Of a DNA stretch of 64,000 nt, positions 48,270 to 59,823 are shown piece after piece (positions within the stretch are counted from its first letter, which is position 1; each line of letters opens with the position of its first letter). The translations under genes and the position numbers were made by a program. The notes under the pieces are model-generated. The model was not told the DNA's origin and did not search any database. It was given only the letters and a program-made list of their open reading frames with translations. The stretch lies in NCBI GenBank assembly GCA_001643675.2, contig LSRY02000028.1:1157068-1221067 (forward strand), written 5' to 3'. Source of the DNA: Monocercomonoides exilis PA203 (taxonomy: Eukaryota; Protista; Preaxostyla).

Positions 48270-49478
48270 TTAATCATCATGTAAAATAGTAAAAGAAGAG
48301 GAGGGCCCAGGAATAGAACCGGAGGCGCCATCACTACCACGTGGTTCATTACCGGTTCCACCACTGACCTCCTCGTTATCTTCTTCCATTGAAATTGAAG
48401 TAGGTAAAGGACCTGCAGGTCCAGGTTCTCCAACAGGTTGGTAAAGTTTACTATCAGCATCTGTCAAATTCATACCTGTAGTATATCTATAATAACCTAT
48501 TTGATCGTACTTAACCCTAACAGTTAAATTCGGATCAGCACCACCAGATTCCCAAAGGTTATGAAACTTGTCTTCTGCACCAAAACCACCTATTAAATAG
48601 ATAGTATAAAACCACCTATTAGTTTCTACATCATTAGTATATCTATTCTCTAAATGCGGATAAATATTAAACTTAAACTGCGTAACCCAATTAGTATCCT
48701 CACTTACTCTTAACAATTTATCCAGATATAGCTGAACATTGTAGTTTGCACACCACATTCTTTTAAATCTCTTAACATAACCCGAAGTCAAAAGATAAGG
48801 TCTATTAAACATAGACCATAAATAATTACTAATAGTAGGATTACTACCCCATTTCCTAAATACTAGAACTCTCACATATGCATGCGTATATGAACTAGGT
48901 TCTAATCCAGTAGATCCATATTTAGTAAATGCAAATAAAAAGTTATAATTTATCTTATAACACATATAATTAGTCTTAACATTATCTAACATAGAAGGCA
49001 TAGACGAACTTACAGTTATAGTTGTAATAGAATTACTAGGATATGTAATTTGTAACGTAGGTAGCATAGGCATATTATACACATAAAACACATCTGTTGA
49101 ACTATAAACCTTACGATAATCAACAGGTCTATTCTTGTACAACCAAGACAAATATCTATACTTCCTACGTCTATATCTACGTCTTCTCCTAATACGATTC
49201 TTTCTTCCTCCTCTCCTACGACGCCTAATTTTTAATCCAGTTCCTGTCTGCTTTATCTGTTTCCAATTTTGAACTCGTCCCTGACCACTAGCTCGAATAG
49301 CTTTATATAACTTATTCCTATGATACATTCCTCTTAACATATTAATACCAGCTTTAGCCCCTCTCCATAAATAATAATCACCTGTAAACTTACCAATTCT
49401 AGTAACTACAGGCTTAGCCCTATTCATAAATCTCATTATTGATGCTGCTCTAGATGCGTACGGTACAATCGCTTGCAT
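48270..49478 (-). CDS. cap: Virus B capsid protein, copy 2
   Basis: Protein identical to copy 1. Confidence 0.9.
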   Translation of the reverse strand: MQAIVPYASRAASIMRFMNRAKPVVTRIGKFTGDYYLWRGAKAGINMLRGMYHRNKLYKAIRASGQGRVQNWKQIKQTGTGLKIRRRRRGGRKNRIRRRRRYRRRKYRYLSWLYKNRPVDYRKVYSSTDVFYVYNMPMLPTLQITYPSNSITTITVSSSMPSMLDNVKTNYMCYKINYNFLFAFTKYGSTGLEPSSYTHAYVRVLVFRKWGSNPTISNYLWSMFNRPYLLTSGYVKRFKRMWCANYNVQLYLDKLLRVSEDTNWVTQFKFNIYPHLENRYTNDVETNRWFYTIYLIGGFGAEDKFHNLWESGGADPNLTVRVKYDQIGYYRYTTGMNLTDADSKLYQPVGEPGPAGPLPTSISMEEDNEEVSGGTGNEPRGSDGASGSIPGPSSSFTILHDD

Positions 49479-49652
49479 CTTTATGAAGTGTCAAAAACGG
49501 AAATAAAAGATCAATATCTAGACATATGAAATAAAATTATGGCATAAATTGTTCCAATCTTTGCCTAGCATATCTAGGCCTTCCATAATACTCCTGAAAC
49601 AAAGCAACATGATTATTAATTGCTTTATCAAATAATGGCCTAATTCTTTTCA

Positions 49653-49988
49653 TTAACATTCTAGTTCGTGCAGTTTTTGTCTTTCTTCACTACCAACAAC
49701 CCTAAGAAACCTAGGTCTCCTTCTATTCTTAATTCTCATAATTCGCCATATACTATTAAACTGTTCTATAACCTTTTCCCAAACACGGTCAACCTCATTC
49801 AAGTACCACCACATATTATTATACTGATGTTGCCAACACCTTGAACCCTCCGGAGCCCAGCTATAATTAACCTCTTCTTGATACGTCCATGCATCTATAG
49901 GATATATAAATCCAGCCCACCATCCTCGATGTTTCCAATCAACAAGTGTAACTGACCTTGGCATATAGTTAGATCTAACCCTTAACAT
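49653..49988 (-). CDS. Virus B ORF3, 111-aa allele
   Basis: T5 allele. Confidence 0.65.
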   Translation of the reverse strand: MLRVRSNYMPRSVTLVDWKHRGWWAGFIYPIDAWTYQEEVNYSWAPEGSRCWQHQYNNMWWYLNEVDRVWEKVIEQFNSIWRIMRIKNRRRPRFLRVVGSEERQKLHELEC

Positions 49989-50011
49989 TAACCATGACTC
50001 AGAAGTTGACT

Positions 50012-50046
50012 CAGAAGTTGCCGGTAATACTAGGCGGCAACTTCTG
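50012..50046 (-). promoter_or_regulatory. Virus B origin stem-loop, copy 3
   Basis: Identical stem; nonanucleotide at 50024-50032. Confidence 0.95.
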
Positions 50047-50098
50047 GGACGTCATGGGATTTTTGATCAAACCCATAATAAAAATTATAATTTCCGAG

Positions 50099-51052
50099 AT
50101 GTCACAAATAAATAACACACGTTCAAGATGTTGGTGCTTCACAATTAACAACTACACACCAGACGAATATCAGCATGTAACAAACATAGAATGCGAATAC
50201 TTGGTGGTAGGAAAAGAAAAAGGTGCTTTAGGAACGGATCATCTACAAGGTTATATATACTTTAAAAACCAAAGAAGATTCAATGCAGTAAAAACATTAA
50301 TAAGCAACAGGTGCCATTTAGAAACAGCTATAGGAACACCAGAACAAAATAGAACATATTGCACAAAAGAAGGTGATTATTTCGAGAAGGGAACATTACC
50401 TAAACAAGGTAAACGTTCTGATCTAGAAGAAGCAGCAGACCTAATCCTAAAAGGAAAGAAAGTATACGATTTAGCAATGGATCATCCGGGATTGGTAGCA
50501 AGAAATTTTAAAGGATTACAATATTTAGAGGACCAAACAATTGTTCACAACCCCATCAGAAGAACAACTCCAAGACAAACATATTGGATATACGGTGATT
50601 CAGAAAAAGGTAAAACCAGACTAGCAATTGATAGACTTCTACAATTAGAAACAGCAATGATGACATCAATATATGACTGGCCAAAATCTAAGGATTTCAT
50701 AGATAACTATCACGGCGAAAAACTTGCTATATTCGATGACTTCAGACCGTCAGGATCAATGGACTTTGACATATTCCTAAGAATAACTGACCCATGGATA
50801 AATCCAACGATAAACGTCAAAGGTGGAACTTCAAGATGGATAGTTGATGTTATATATTTTACTTCTATATCACAGCCTGTCCCGCTATGGTTAAACGCTA
50901 AACCTAACCTAGCTGGTGAACAACAACGACAAATTAAACGACGAATAACCGAAATTAACATCCTAGATGCTATGCATACTGTTAATCCAGATAATGACGA
51001 TGAAACTCAACCTACTCAAGACGAAACATCACATTTTTCTTTACAACTTTAA
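50099..51052 (+). CDS. rep: Virus B Rep, copy 3
   Basis: Protein identical to copy 1. Confidence 0.96.
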   Translation: MSQINNTRSRCWCFTINNYTPDEYQHVTNIECEYLVVGKEKGALGTDHLQGYIYFKNQRRFNAVKTLISNRCHLETAIGTPEQNRTYCTKEGDYFEKGTLPKQGKRSDLEEAADLILKGKKVYDLAMDHPGLVARNFKGLQYLEDQTIVHNPIRRTTPRQTYWIYGDSEKGKTRLAIDRLLQLETAMMTSIYDWPKSKDFIDNYHGEKLAIFDDFRPSGSMDFDIFLRITDPWINPTINVKGGTSRWIVDVIYFTSISQPVPLWLNAKPNLAGEQQRQIKRRITEINILDAMHTVNPDNDDETQPTQDETSHFSLQL

Positions 51053-51162
51053 TTTATATTTTATTTCCATTTAAATTTTTATACAATTCATTTAAGTCCC
51101 AATAGGGTGCAAGAATGCGTATTTAATATAAATCGATATGTTTTCTAAAAAAAAAAAAATTA

Positions 51163-52371
51163 TTAATCATCATGTAAAATAGTAAAAGAAGAGGAGGGCC
51201 CAGGAATAGAACCGGAGGCGCCATCACTACCACGTGGTTCATTACCGGTTCCACCACTGACCTCCTCGTTATCTTCTTCCATTGAAATTGAAGTAGGTAA
51301 AGGACCTGCAGGTCCAGGTTCTCCAACAGGTTGGTAAAGTTTACTATCAGCATCTGTCAAATTCATACCTGTAGTATATCTATAATAACCTATTTGATCG
51401 TACTTAACCCTAACAGTTAAATTCGGATCAGCACCACCAGATTCCCAAAGGTTATGAAACTTGTCTTCTGCACCAAAACCACCTATTAAATAGATAGTAT
51501 AAAACCACCTATTAGTTTCTACATCATTAGTATATCTATTCTCTAAATGCGGATAAATATTAAACTTAAACTGCGTAACCCAATTAGTATCCTCACTTAC
51601 TCTTAACAATTTATCCAGATATAGCTGAACATTGTAGTTTGCACACCACATTCTTTTAAATCTCTTAACATAACCCGAAGTCAAAAGATAAGGTCTATTA
51701 AACATAGACCATAAATAATTACTAATAGTAGGATTACTACCCCATTTCCTAAATACTAGAACTCTCACATATGCATGCGTATATGAACTAGGTTCTAATC
51801 CAGTAGATCCATATTTAGTAAATGCAAATAAAAAGTTATAATTTATCTTATAACACATATAATTAGTCTTAACATTATCTAACATAGAAGGCATAGACGA
51901 ACTTACAGTTATAGTTGTAATAGAATTACTAGGATATGTAATTTGTAACGTAGGTAGCATAGGCATATTATACACATAAAACACATCTGTTGAACTATAA
52001 ACCTTACGATAATCAACAGGTCTATTCTTGTACAACCAAGACAAATATCTATACTTCCTACGTCTATATCTACGTCTTCTCCTAATACGATTCTTTCTTC
52101 CTCCTCTCCTACGACGCCTAATTTTTAATCCAGTTCCTGTCTGCTTTATCTGTTTCCAATTTTGAACTCGTCCCTGACCACTAGCTCGAATAGCTTTATA
52201 TAACTTATTCCTATGATACATTCCTCTTAACATATTAATACCAGCTTTAGCCCCTCTCCATAAATAATAATCACCTGTAAACTTACCAATTCTAGTAACT
52301 ACAGGCTTAGCCCTATTCATAAATCTCATTATTGATGCTGCTCTAGATGCGTACGGTACAATCGCTTGCAT
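51163..52371 (-). CDS. cap: Virus B capsid protein, copy 3
   Basis: Protein identical to copy 1. Confidence 0.9.
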   Translation of the reverse strand: MQAIVPYASRAASIMRFMNRAKPVVTRIGKFTGDYYLWRGAKAGINMLRGMYHRNKLYKAIRASGQGRVQNWKQIKQTGTGLKIRRRRRGGRKNRIRRRRRYRRRKYRYLSWLYKNRPVDYRKVYSSTDVFYVYNMPMLPTLQITYPSNSITTITVSSSMPSMLDNVKTNYMCYKINYNFLFAFTKYGSTGLEPSSYTHAYVRVLVFRKWGSNPTISNYLWSMFNRPYLLTSGYVKRFKRMWCANYNVQLYLDKLLRVSEDTNWVTQFKFNIYPHLENRYTNDVETNRWFYTIYLIGGFGAEDKFHNLWESGGADPNLTVRVKYDQIGYYRYTTGMNLTDADSKLYQPVGEPGPAGPLPTSISMEEDNEEVSGGTGNEPRGSDGASGSIPGPSSSFTILHDD

Positions 52372-52545
52372 CTTTATGAAGTGTCAAAAACGGAAATAAA
52401 AGATCAATATCTAGACATATGAAATAAAATTATGGCATAAATTGTTCCAATCTTTGCCTAGCATATCTAGGCCTTCCATAATACTCCTGAAACAAAGCAA
52501 CATGATTATTAATTGCTTTATCAAATAATGGCCTAATTCTTTTCA

Positions 52546-52881
52546 TTAACATTCTAGTTCGTGCAGTTTTTGTCTTTCTTCACTACCAACAACCCTAAGA
52601 AACCTAGGTCTCCTTCTATTCTTAATTCTCATAATTCGCCATATACTATTAAACTGTTCTATAACCTTTTCCCAAACACGGTCAACCTCATTCAAGTACC
52701 ACCACATATTATTATACTGATGTTGCCAACACCTTGAACCCTCCGGAGCCCAGCTATAATTAACCTCTTCTTGATACGTCCATGCATCTATAGGATATAT
52801 AAATCCAGCCCACCATCCTCGATGTTTCCAATCAACAAGTGTAACTGACCTTGGCATATAGTTAGATCTAACCCTTAACAT
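52546..52881 (-). CDS. Virus B ORF3, 111-aa allele
   Basis: T5 allele. Confidence 0.65.
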   Translation of the reverse strand: MLRVRSNYMPRSVTLVDWKHRGWWAGFIYPIDAWTYQEEVNYSWAPEGSRCWQHQYNNMWWYLNEVDRVWEKVIEQFNSIWRIMRIKNRRRPRFLRVVGSEERQKLHELEC

Positions 52882-52904
52882 TAACCATGACTCAGAAGTT
52901 GACT

Positions 52905-52939
52905 CAGAAGTTGCCGGTAATACTAGGCGGCAACTTCTG
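52905..52939 (-). promoter_or_regulatory. Virus B origin stem-loop, copy 4
   Basis: Identical stem; nonanucleotide at 52917-52925. Confidence 0.95.
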
Positions 52940-52991
52940 GGACGTCATGGGATTTTTGATCAAACCCATAATAAAAATTATAATTTCCGAG

Positions 52992-53945
52992 ATGTCACAA
53001 ATAAATAACACACGTTCAAGATGTTGGTGCTTCACAATTAACAACTACACACCAGACGAATATCAGCATGTAACAAACATAGAATGCGAATACTTGGTGG
53101 TAGGAAAAGAAAAAGGTGCTTTAGGAACGGATCATCTACAAGGTTATATATACTTTAAAAACCAAAGAAGATTCAATGCAGTAAAAACATTAATAAGCAA
53201 CAGGTGCCATTTAGAAACAGCTATAGGAACACCAGAACAAAATAGAACATATTGCACAAAAGAAGGTGATTATTTCGAGAAGGGAACATTACCTAAACAA
53301 GGTAAACGTTCTGATCTAGAAGAAGCAGCAGACCTAATCCTAAAAGGAAAGAAAGTATACGATTTAGCAATGGATCATCCGGGATTGGTAGCAAGAAATT
53401 TTAAAGGATTACAATATTTAGAGGACCAAACAATTGTTCACAACCCCATCAGAAGAACAACTCCAAGACAAACATATTGGATATACGGTGATTCAGAAAA
53501 AGGTAAAACCAGACTAGCAATTGATAGACTTCTACAATTAGAAACAGCAATGATGACATCAATATATGACTGGCCAAAATCTAAGGATTTCATAGATAAC
53601 TATCACGGCGAAAAACTTGCTATATTCGATGACTTCAGACCGTCAGGATCAATGGACTTTGACATATTCCTAAGAATAACTGACCCATGGATAAATCCAA
53701 CGATAAACGTCAAAGGTGGAACTTCAAGATGGATAGTTGATGTTATATATTTTACTTCTATATCACAGCCTGTCCCGCTATGGTTAAACGCTAAACCTAA
53801 CCTAGCTGGTGAACAACAACGACAAATTAAACGACGAATAACCGAAATTAACATCCTAGATGCTATGCATACTGTTAATCCAGATAATGACGATGAAACT
53901 CAACCTACTCAAGACGAAACATCACATTTTTCTTTACAACTTTAA
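52992..53945 (+). CDS. rep: Virus B Rep, copy 4
   Basis: Protein identical to copy 1. Confidence 0.96.
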   Translation: MSQINNTRSRCWCFTINNYTPDEYQHVTNIECEYLVVGKEKGALGTDHLQGYIYFKNQRRFNAVKTLISNRCHLETAIGTPEQNRTYCTKEGDYFEKGTLPKQGKRSDLEEAADLILKGKKVYDLAMDHPGLVARNFKGLQYLEDQTIVHNPIRRTTPRQTYWIYGDSEKGKTRLAIDRLLQLETAMMTSIYDWPKSKDFIDNYHGEKLAIFDDFRPSGSMDFDIFLRITDPWINPTINVKGGTSRWIVDVIYFTSISQPVPLWLNAKPNLAGEQQRQIKRRITEINILDAMHTVNPDNDDETQPTQDETSHFSLQL

Positions 53946-54055
53946 TTTATATTTTATTTCCATTTAAATTTTTATACAATTCATTTAAGTCCCAATAGGG
54001 TGCAAGAATGCGTATTTAATATAAATCGATATGTTTTCTAAAAAAAAAAAAATTA

Positions 54056-55264
54056 TTAATCATCATGTAAAATAGTAAAAGAAGAGGAGGGCCCAGGAAT
54101 AGAACCGGAGGCGCCATCACTACCACGTGGTTCATTACCGGTTCCACCACTGACCTCCTCGTTATCTTCTTCCATTGAAATTGAAGTAGGTAAAGGACCT
54201 GCAGGTCCAGGTTCTCCAACAGGTTGGTAAAGTTTACTATCAGCATCTGTCAAATTCATACCTGTAGTATATCTATAATAACCTATTTGATCGTACTTAA
54301 CCCTAACAGTTAAATTCGGATCAGCACCACCAGATTCCCAAAGGTTATGAAACTTGTCTTCTGCACCAAAACCACCTATTAAATAGATAGTATAAAACCA
54401 CCTATTAGTTTCTACATCATTAGTATATCTATTCTCTAAATGCGGATAAATATTAAACTTAAACTGCGTAACCCAATTAGTATCCTCACTTACTCTTAAC
54501 AATTTATCCAGATATAGCTGAACATTGTAGTTTGCACACCACATTCTTTTAAATCTCTTAACATAACCCGAAGTCAAAAGATAAGGTCTATTAAACATAG
54601 ACCATAAATAATTACTAATAGTAGGATTACTACCCCATTTCCTAAATACTAGAACTCTCACATATGCATGCGTATATGAACTAGGTTCTAATCCAGTAGA
54701 TCCATATTTAGTAAATGCAAATAAAAAGTTATAATTTATCTTATAACACATATAATTAGTCTTAACATTATCTAACATAGAAGGCATAGACGAACTTACA
54801 GTTATAGTTGTAATAGAATTACTAGGATATGTAATTTGTAACGTAGGTAGCATAGGCATATTATACACATAAAACACATCTGTTGAACTATAAACCTTAC
54901 GATAATCAACAGGTCTATTCTTGTACAACCAAGACAAATATCTATACTTCCTACGTCTATATCTACGTCTTCTCCTAATACGATTCTTTCTTCCTCCTCT
55001 CCTACGACGCCTAATTTTTAATCCAGTTCCTGTCTGCTTTATCTGTTTCCAATTTTGAACTCGTCCCTGACCACTAGCTCGAATAGCTTTATATAACTTA
55101 TTCCTATGATACATTCCTCTTAACATATTAATACCAGCTTTAGCCCCTCTCCATAAATAATAATCACCTGTAAACTTACCAATTCTAGTAACTACAGGCT
55201 TAGCCCTATTCATAAATCTCATTATTGATGCTGCTCTAGATGCGTACGGTACAATCGCTTGCAT
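54056..55264 (-). CDS. cap: Virus B capsid protein, copy 4
   Basis: Protein identical to copy 1. Confidence 0.9.
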   Translation of the reverse strand: MQAIVPYASRAASIMRFMNRAKPVVTRIGKFTGDYYLWRGAKAGINMLRGMYHRNKLYKAIRASGQGRVQNWKQIKQTGTGLKIRRRRRGGRKNRIRRRRRYRRRKYRYLSWLYKNRPVDYRKVYSSTDVFYVYNMPMLPTLQITYPSNSITTITVSSSMPSMLDNVKTNYMCYKINYNFLFAFTKYGSTGLEPSSYTHAYVRVLVFRKWGSNPTISNYLWSMFNRPYLLTSGYVKRFKRMWCANYNVQLYLDKLLRVSEDTNWVTQFKFNIYPHLENRYTNDVETNRWFYTIYLIGGFGAEDKFHNLWESGGADPNLTVRVKYDQIGYYRYTTGMNLTDADSKLYQPVGEPGPAGPLPTSISMEEDNEEVSGGTGNEPRGSDGASGSIPGPSSSFTILHDD

Positions 55265-55438
55265 CTTTATGAAGTGTCAAAAACGGAAATAAAAGATCAA
55301 TATCTAGACATATGAAATAAAATTATGGCATAAATTGTTCCAATCTTTGCCTAGCATATCTAGGCCTTCCATAATACTCCTGAAACAAAGCAACATGATT
55401 ATTAATTGCTTTATCAAATAATGGCCTAATTCTTTTCA

Positions 55439-55774
55439 TTAACATTCTAGTTCGTGCAGTTTTTGTCTTTCTTCACTACCAACAACCCTAAGAAACCTAG
55501 GTCTCCTTCTATTCTTAATTCTCATAATTCGCCATATACTATTAAACTGTTCTATAACCTTTTCCCAAACACGGTCAACCTCATTCAAGTACCACCACAT
55601 ATTATTATACTGATGTTGCCAACACCTTGAACCCTCCGGAGCCCAGCTATAATTAACCTCTTCTTGATACGTCCATGCATCTATAGGATATATAAATCCA
55701 GCCCACCATCCTCGATGTTTCCAATCAACAAGTGTAACTGACCTTGGCATATAGTTAGATCTAACCCTTAACAT
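55439..55774 (-). CDS. Virus B ORF3, 111-aa allele
   Basis: T5 allele. Confidence 0.65.
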   Translation of the reverse strand: MLRVRSNYMPRSVTLVDWKHRGWWAGFIYPIDAWTYQEEVNYSWAPEGSRCWQHQYNNMWWYLNEVDRVWEKVIEQFNSIWRIMRIKNRRRPRFLRVVGSEERQKLHELEC

Positions 55775-55797
55775 TAACCATGACTCAGAAGTTGACT

Positions 55798-55832
55798 CAG
55801 AAGTTGCCGGTAATACTAGGCGGCAACTTCTG
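55798..55832 (-). promoter_or_regulatory. Virus B origin stem-loop, copy 5
   Basis: Identical stem; nonanucleotide at 55810-55818. Confidence 0.95.
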
Positions 55833-55883
55833 GGACGTCATGGGATTTTGATCAAACCCATAATAAAAATTATAATTTCCGAG

Positions 55884-56837
55884 ATGTCACAAATAAATAA
55901 CACACGTTCAAGATGTTGGTGCTTCACAATTAACAACTACACACCAGACGAATATCAGCATGTAACAAACATAGAATGCGAATACTTGGTGGTAGGAAAA
56001 GAAAAAGGTGCTTTAGGAACGGATCATCTACAAGGTTATATATACTTTAAAAACCAAAGAAGATTCAATGCAGTAAAAACATTAATAAGCAACAGGTGCC
56101 ATTTAGAAACAGCTATAGGAACACCAGAACAAAATAGAACATATTGCACAAAAGAAGGTGATTATTTCGAGAAGGGAACATTACCTAAACAAGGTAAACG
56201 TTCTGATCTAGAAGAAGCAGCAGACCTAATCCTAAAAGGAAAGAAAGTATACGATTTAGCAATGGATCATCCGGGATTGGTAGCAAGAAATTTTAAAGGA
56301 TTACAATATTTAGAGGACCAAACAATTGTTCACAACCCCATCAGAAGAACAACTCCAAGACAAACATATTGGATATACGGTGATTCAGAAAAAGGTAAAA
56401 CCAGACTAGCAATTGATAGACTTCTACAATTAGAAACAGCAATGATGACATCAATATATGACTGGCCAAAATCTAAGGATTTCATAGATAACTATCACGG
56501 CGAAAAACTTGCTATATTCGATGACTTCAGACCGTCAGGATCAATGGACTTTGACATATTCCTAAGAATAACTGACCCATGGATAAATCCAACGATAAAC
56601 GTCAAAGGTGGAACTTCAAGATGGATAGTTGATGTTATATATTTTACTTCTATATCACAGCCTGTCCCGCTATGGTTAAACGCTAAACCTAACCTAGCTG
56701 GTGAACAACAACGACAAATTAAACGACGAATAACCGAAATTAACATCCTAGATGCTATGCATACTGTTAATCCAGATAATGACGATGAAACTCAACCTAC
56801 TCAAGACGAAACATCACATTTTTCTTTACAACTTTAA
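55884..56837 (+). CDS. rep: Virus B Rep, copy 5
   Basis: Identical from the MSQ start. A 1-nt deletion upstream affects only the doubtful N-terminal extension. Confidence 0.95.
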   Translation: MSQINNTRSRCWCFTINNYTPDEYQHVTNIECEYLVVGKEKGALGTDHLQGYIYFKNQRRFNAVKTLISNRCHLETAIGTPEQNRTYCTKEGDYFEKGTLPKQGKRSDLEEAADLILKGKKVYDLAMDHPGLVARNFKGLQYLEDQTIVHNPIRRTTPRQTYWIYGDSEKGKTRLAIDRLLQLETAMMTSIYDWPKSKDFIDNYHGEKLAIFDDFRPSGSMDFDIFLRITDPWINPTINVKGGTSRWIVDVIYFTSISQPVPLWLNAKPNLAGEQQRQIKRRITEINILDAMHTVNPDNDDETQPTQDETSHFSLQL

Positions 56838-56947
56838 TTTATATTTTATTTCCATTTAAATTTTTATACAATTCATTTAAGTCCCAATAGGGTGCAAGAA
56901 TGCGTATTTAATATAAATCGATATGTTTTCTAAAAAAAAAAAAATTA

Positions 56948-58157
56948 TTAATCATCATGTAAAATAGTAAAAGAAGAGGAGGGCCCAGGAATAGAACCGG
57001 AGGCGCCATCACTACCACGTGGTTCATTACCGGTTCCACCACTGACCTCCTCGTTATCTTCTTCCATTGAAATTGAAGTAGGTAAAGGACCTGCAGGTCC
57101 AGGTTCTCCAACAGGTTGGTAAAGTTTACTATCAGCATCTGTCAAATTCATACCTGTAGTATATCTATAATAACCTATTTGATCGTACTTAACCCTAACA
57201 GTTAAATTCGGATCAGCACCACCAGATTCCCAAAGGTTATGAAACTTGTCTTCTGCACCAAAACCACCTATTAAATAGATAGTATAAAACCACCTATTAG
57301 TTTCTACATCATTAGTATATCTATTCTCTAAATGCGGATAAATATTAAACTTAAACTGCGTAACCCAATTAGTATCCTCACTTACTCTTAACAATTTATC
57401 CAGATATAGCTGAACATTGTAGTTTGCACACCACATTCTTTTAAATCTCTTAACATAACCCGAAGTCAAAAGATAAGGTCTATTAAACATAGACCATAAA
57501 TAATTACTAATAGTAGGATTACTACCCCATTTCCTAAATACTAGAACTCTCACATATGCATGCGTATATGAACTAGGTTCTAATCCAGTAGATCCATATT
57601 TAGTAAATGCAAATAAAAAGTTATAATTTATCTTATAACACATATAATTAGTCTTAACATTATCTAACATAGAAGGCATAGACGAACTTACAGTTATAGT
57701 TGTAATAGAATTACTAGGATATGTAATTTGTAACGTAGGTAGCATAGGCATATTATACACATAAAACACATCTGTTGAACTATAAACCTTACGATAATCA
57801 ACAGGTCTATTCTTGTACAACCAAGACAAATATCTATACTTCCTACGTCTATATCTACGTCTTCTCCTAATACGATTCTTTCTTCCTCCCTCTCCTACGA
57901 CGCCTAATTTTTAATCCAGTTCCTGTCTGCTTTATCTGTTTCCAATTTTGAACTCGTCCCTGACCACTAGCTCGAATAGCTTTATATAACTTATTCCTAT
58001 GATACATTCCTCTTAACATATTAATACCAGCTTTAGCCCCTCTCCATAAATAATAATCACCTGTAAACTTACCAATTCTAGTAACTACAGGCTTAGCCCT
58101 ATTCATAAATCTCATTATTGATGCTGCTCTAGATGCGTACGGTACAATCGCTTGCAT
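56948..58157 (-). CDS. cap: Virus B capsid, copy 5, split by a 1-nt insertion (real frameshift or consensus error)
   Basis: An extra C near 57890 (CTTCCTCCCTCTCC versus CTTCCTCCTCTCC) splits the ORF into 96 and 293 aa. Confidence 0.8.
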
Positions 58158-58331
58158 CTTTATGAAGTGTCAAAAACGGAAATAAAAGATCAATATCTAG
58201 ACATATGAAATAAAATTATGGCATAAATTGTTCCAATCTTTGCCTAGCATATCTAGGCCTTCCATAATACTCCTGAAACAAAGCAACATGATTATTAATT
58301 GCTTTATCAAATAATGGCCTAATTCTTTTCA

Positions 58332-58667
58332 TTAACATTCTAGTTCGTGCAGTTTTTGTCTTTCTTCACTACCAACAACCCTAAGAAACCTAGGTCTCCT
58401 TCTATTCTTAATTCTCATAATTCGCCATATACTATTAAACTGTTCTATAACCTTTTCCCAAACACGGTCAACCTCATTCAAGTACCACCACATATTATTA
58501 TACTGATGTTGCCAACACCTTGAACCCTCCGGAGCCCAGCTATAATTAACCTCTTCTTGATACGTCCATGCATCTATAGGATATATAAATCCAGCCCACC
58601 ATCCTCGATGTTTCCAATCAACAAGTGTAACTGACCTTGGCATATAGTTAGATCTAACCCTTAACAT
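58332..58667 (-). CDS. Virus B ORF3, 111-aa allele
   Basis: T5 allele. Confidence 0.65.
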   Translation of the reverse strand: MLRVRSNYMPRSVTLVDWKHRGWWAGFIYPIDAWTYQEEVNYSWAPEGSRCWQHQYNNMWWYLNEVDRVWEKVIEQFNSIWRIMRIKNRRRPRFLRVVGSEERQKLHELEC

Positions 58668-58690
58668 TAACCATGACTCAGAAGTTGACT

Positions 58691-58725
58691 CAGAAGTTGC
58701 CGGTAATACTAGGCGGCAACTTCTG
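58691..58725 (-). promoter_or_regulatory. Virus B origin stem-loop, copy 6
   Basis: Identical stem; nonanucleotide at 58703-58711. Confidence 0.95.
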
Positions 58726-58777
58726 GGACGTCATGGGATTTTTGATCAAACCCATAATAAAAATTATAATTTCCGAG

Positions 58778-59731
58778 ATGTCACAAATAAATAACACACG
58801 TTCAAGATGTTGGTGCTTCACAATTAACAACTACACACCAGACGAATATCAGCATGTAACAAACATAGAATGCGAATACTTGGTGGTAGGAAAAGAAAAA
58901 GGTGCTTTAGGAACGGATCATCTACAAGGTTATATATACTTTAAAAACCAAAGAAGATTCAATGCAGTAAAAACATTAATAAGCAACAGGTGCCATTTAG
59001 AAACAGCTATAGGAACACCAGAACAAAATAGAACATATTGCACAAAAGAAGGTGATTATTTCGAGAAGGGAACATTACCTAAACAAGGTAAACGTTCTGA
59101 TCTAGAAGAAGCAGCAGACCTAATCCTAAAAGGAAAGAAAGTATACGATTTAGCAATGGATCATCCGGGATTGGTAGCAAGAAATTTTAAAGGATTACAA
59201 TATTTAGAGGACCAAACAATTGTTCACAACCCCATCAGAAGAACAACTCCAAGACAAACATATTGGATATACGGTGATTCAGAAAAAGGTAAAACCAGAC
59301 TAGCAATTGATAGACTTCTACAATTAGAAACAGCAATGATGACATCAATATATGACTGGCCAAAATCTAAGGATTTCATAGATAACTATCACGGCGAAAA
59401 ACTTGCTATATTCGATGACTTCAGACCGTCAGGATCAATGGACTTTGACATATTCCTAAGAATAACTGACCCATGGATAAATCCAACGATAAACGTCAAA
59501 GGTGGAACTTCAAGATGGATAGTTGATGTTATATATTTTACTTCTATATCACAGCCTGTCCCGCTATGGTTAAACGCTAAACCTAACCTAGCTGGTGAAC
59601 AACAACGACAAATTAAACGACGAATAACCGAAATTAACATCCTAGATGCTATGCATACTGTTAATCCAGATAATGACGATGAAACTCAACCTACTCAAGA
59701 CGAAACATCACATTTTTCTTTACAACTTTAA
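58778..59731 (+). CDS. rep: Virus B Rep, copy 6
   Basis: Protein identical to copy 1. Confidence 0.96.
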   Translation: MSQINNTRSRCWCFTINNYTPDEYQHVTNIECEYLVVGKEKGALGTDHLQGYIYFKNQRRFNAVKTLISNRCHLETAIGTPEQNRTYCTKEGDYFEKGTLPKQGKRSDLEEAADLILKGKKVYDLAMDHPGLVARNFKGLQYLEDQTIVHNPIRRTTPRQTYWIYGDSEKGKTRLAIDRLLQLETAMMTSIYDWPKSKDFIDNYHGEKLAIFDDFRPSGSMDFDIFLRITDPWINPTINVKGGTSRWIVDVIYFTSISQPVPLWLNAKPNLAGEQQRQIKRRITEINILDAMHTVNPDNDDETQPTQDETSHFSLQL

Positions 59732-59823
59732 TTTATATTTTATTTCCATTTAAATTTTTATACAATTCATTTAAGTCCCAATAGGGTGCAAGAATGCGTA
59801 TTTAATATAAATCGATATGTTTT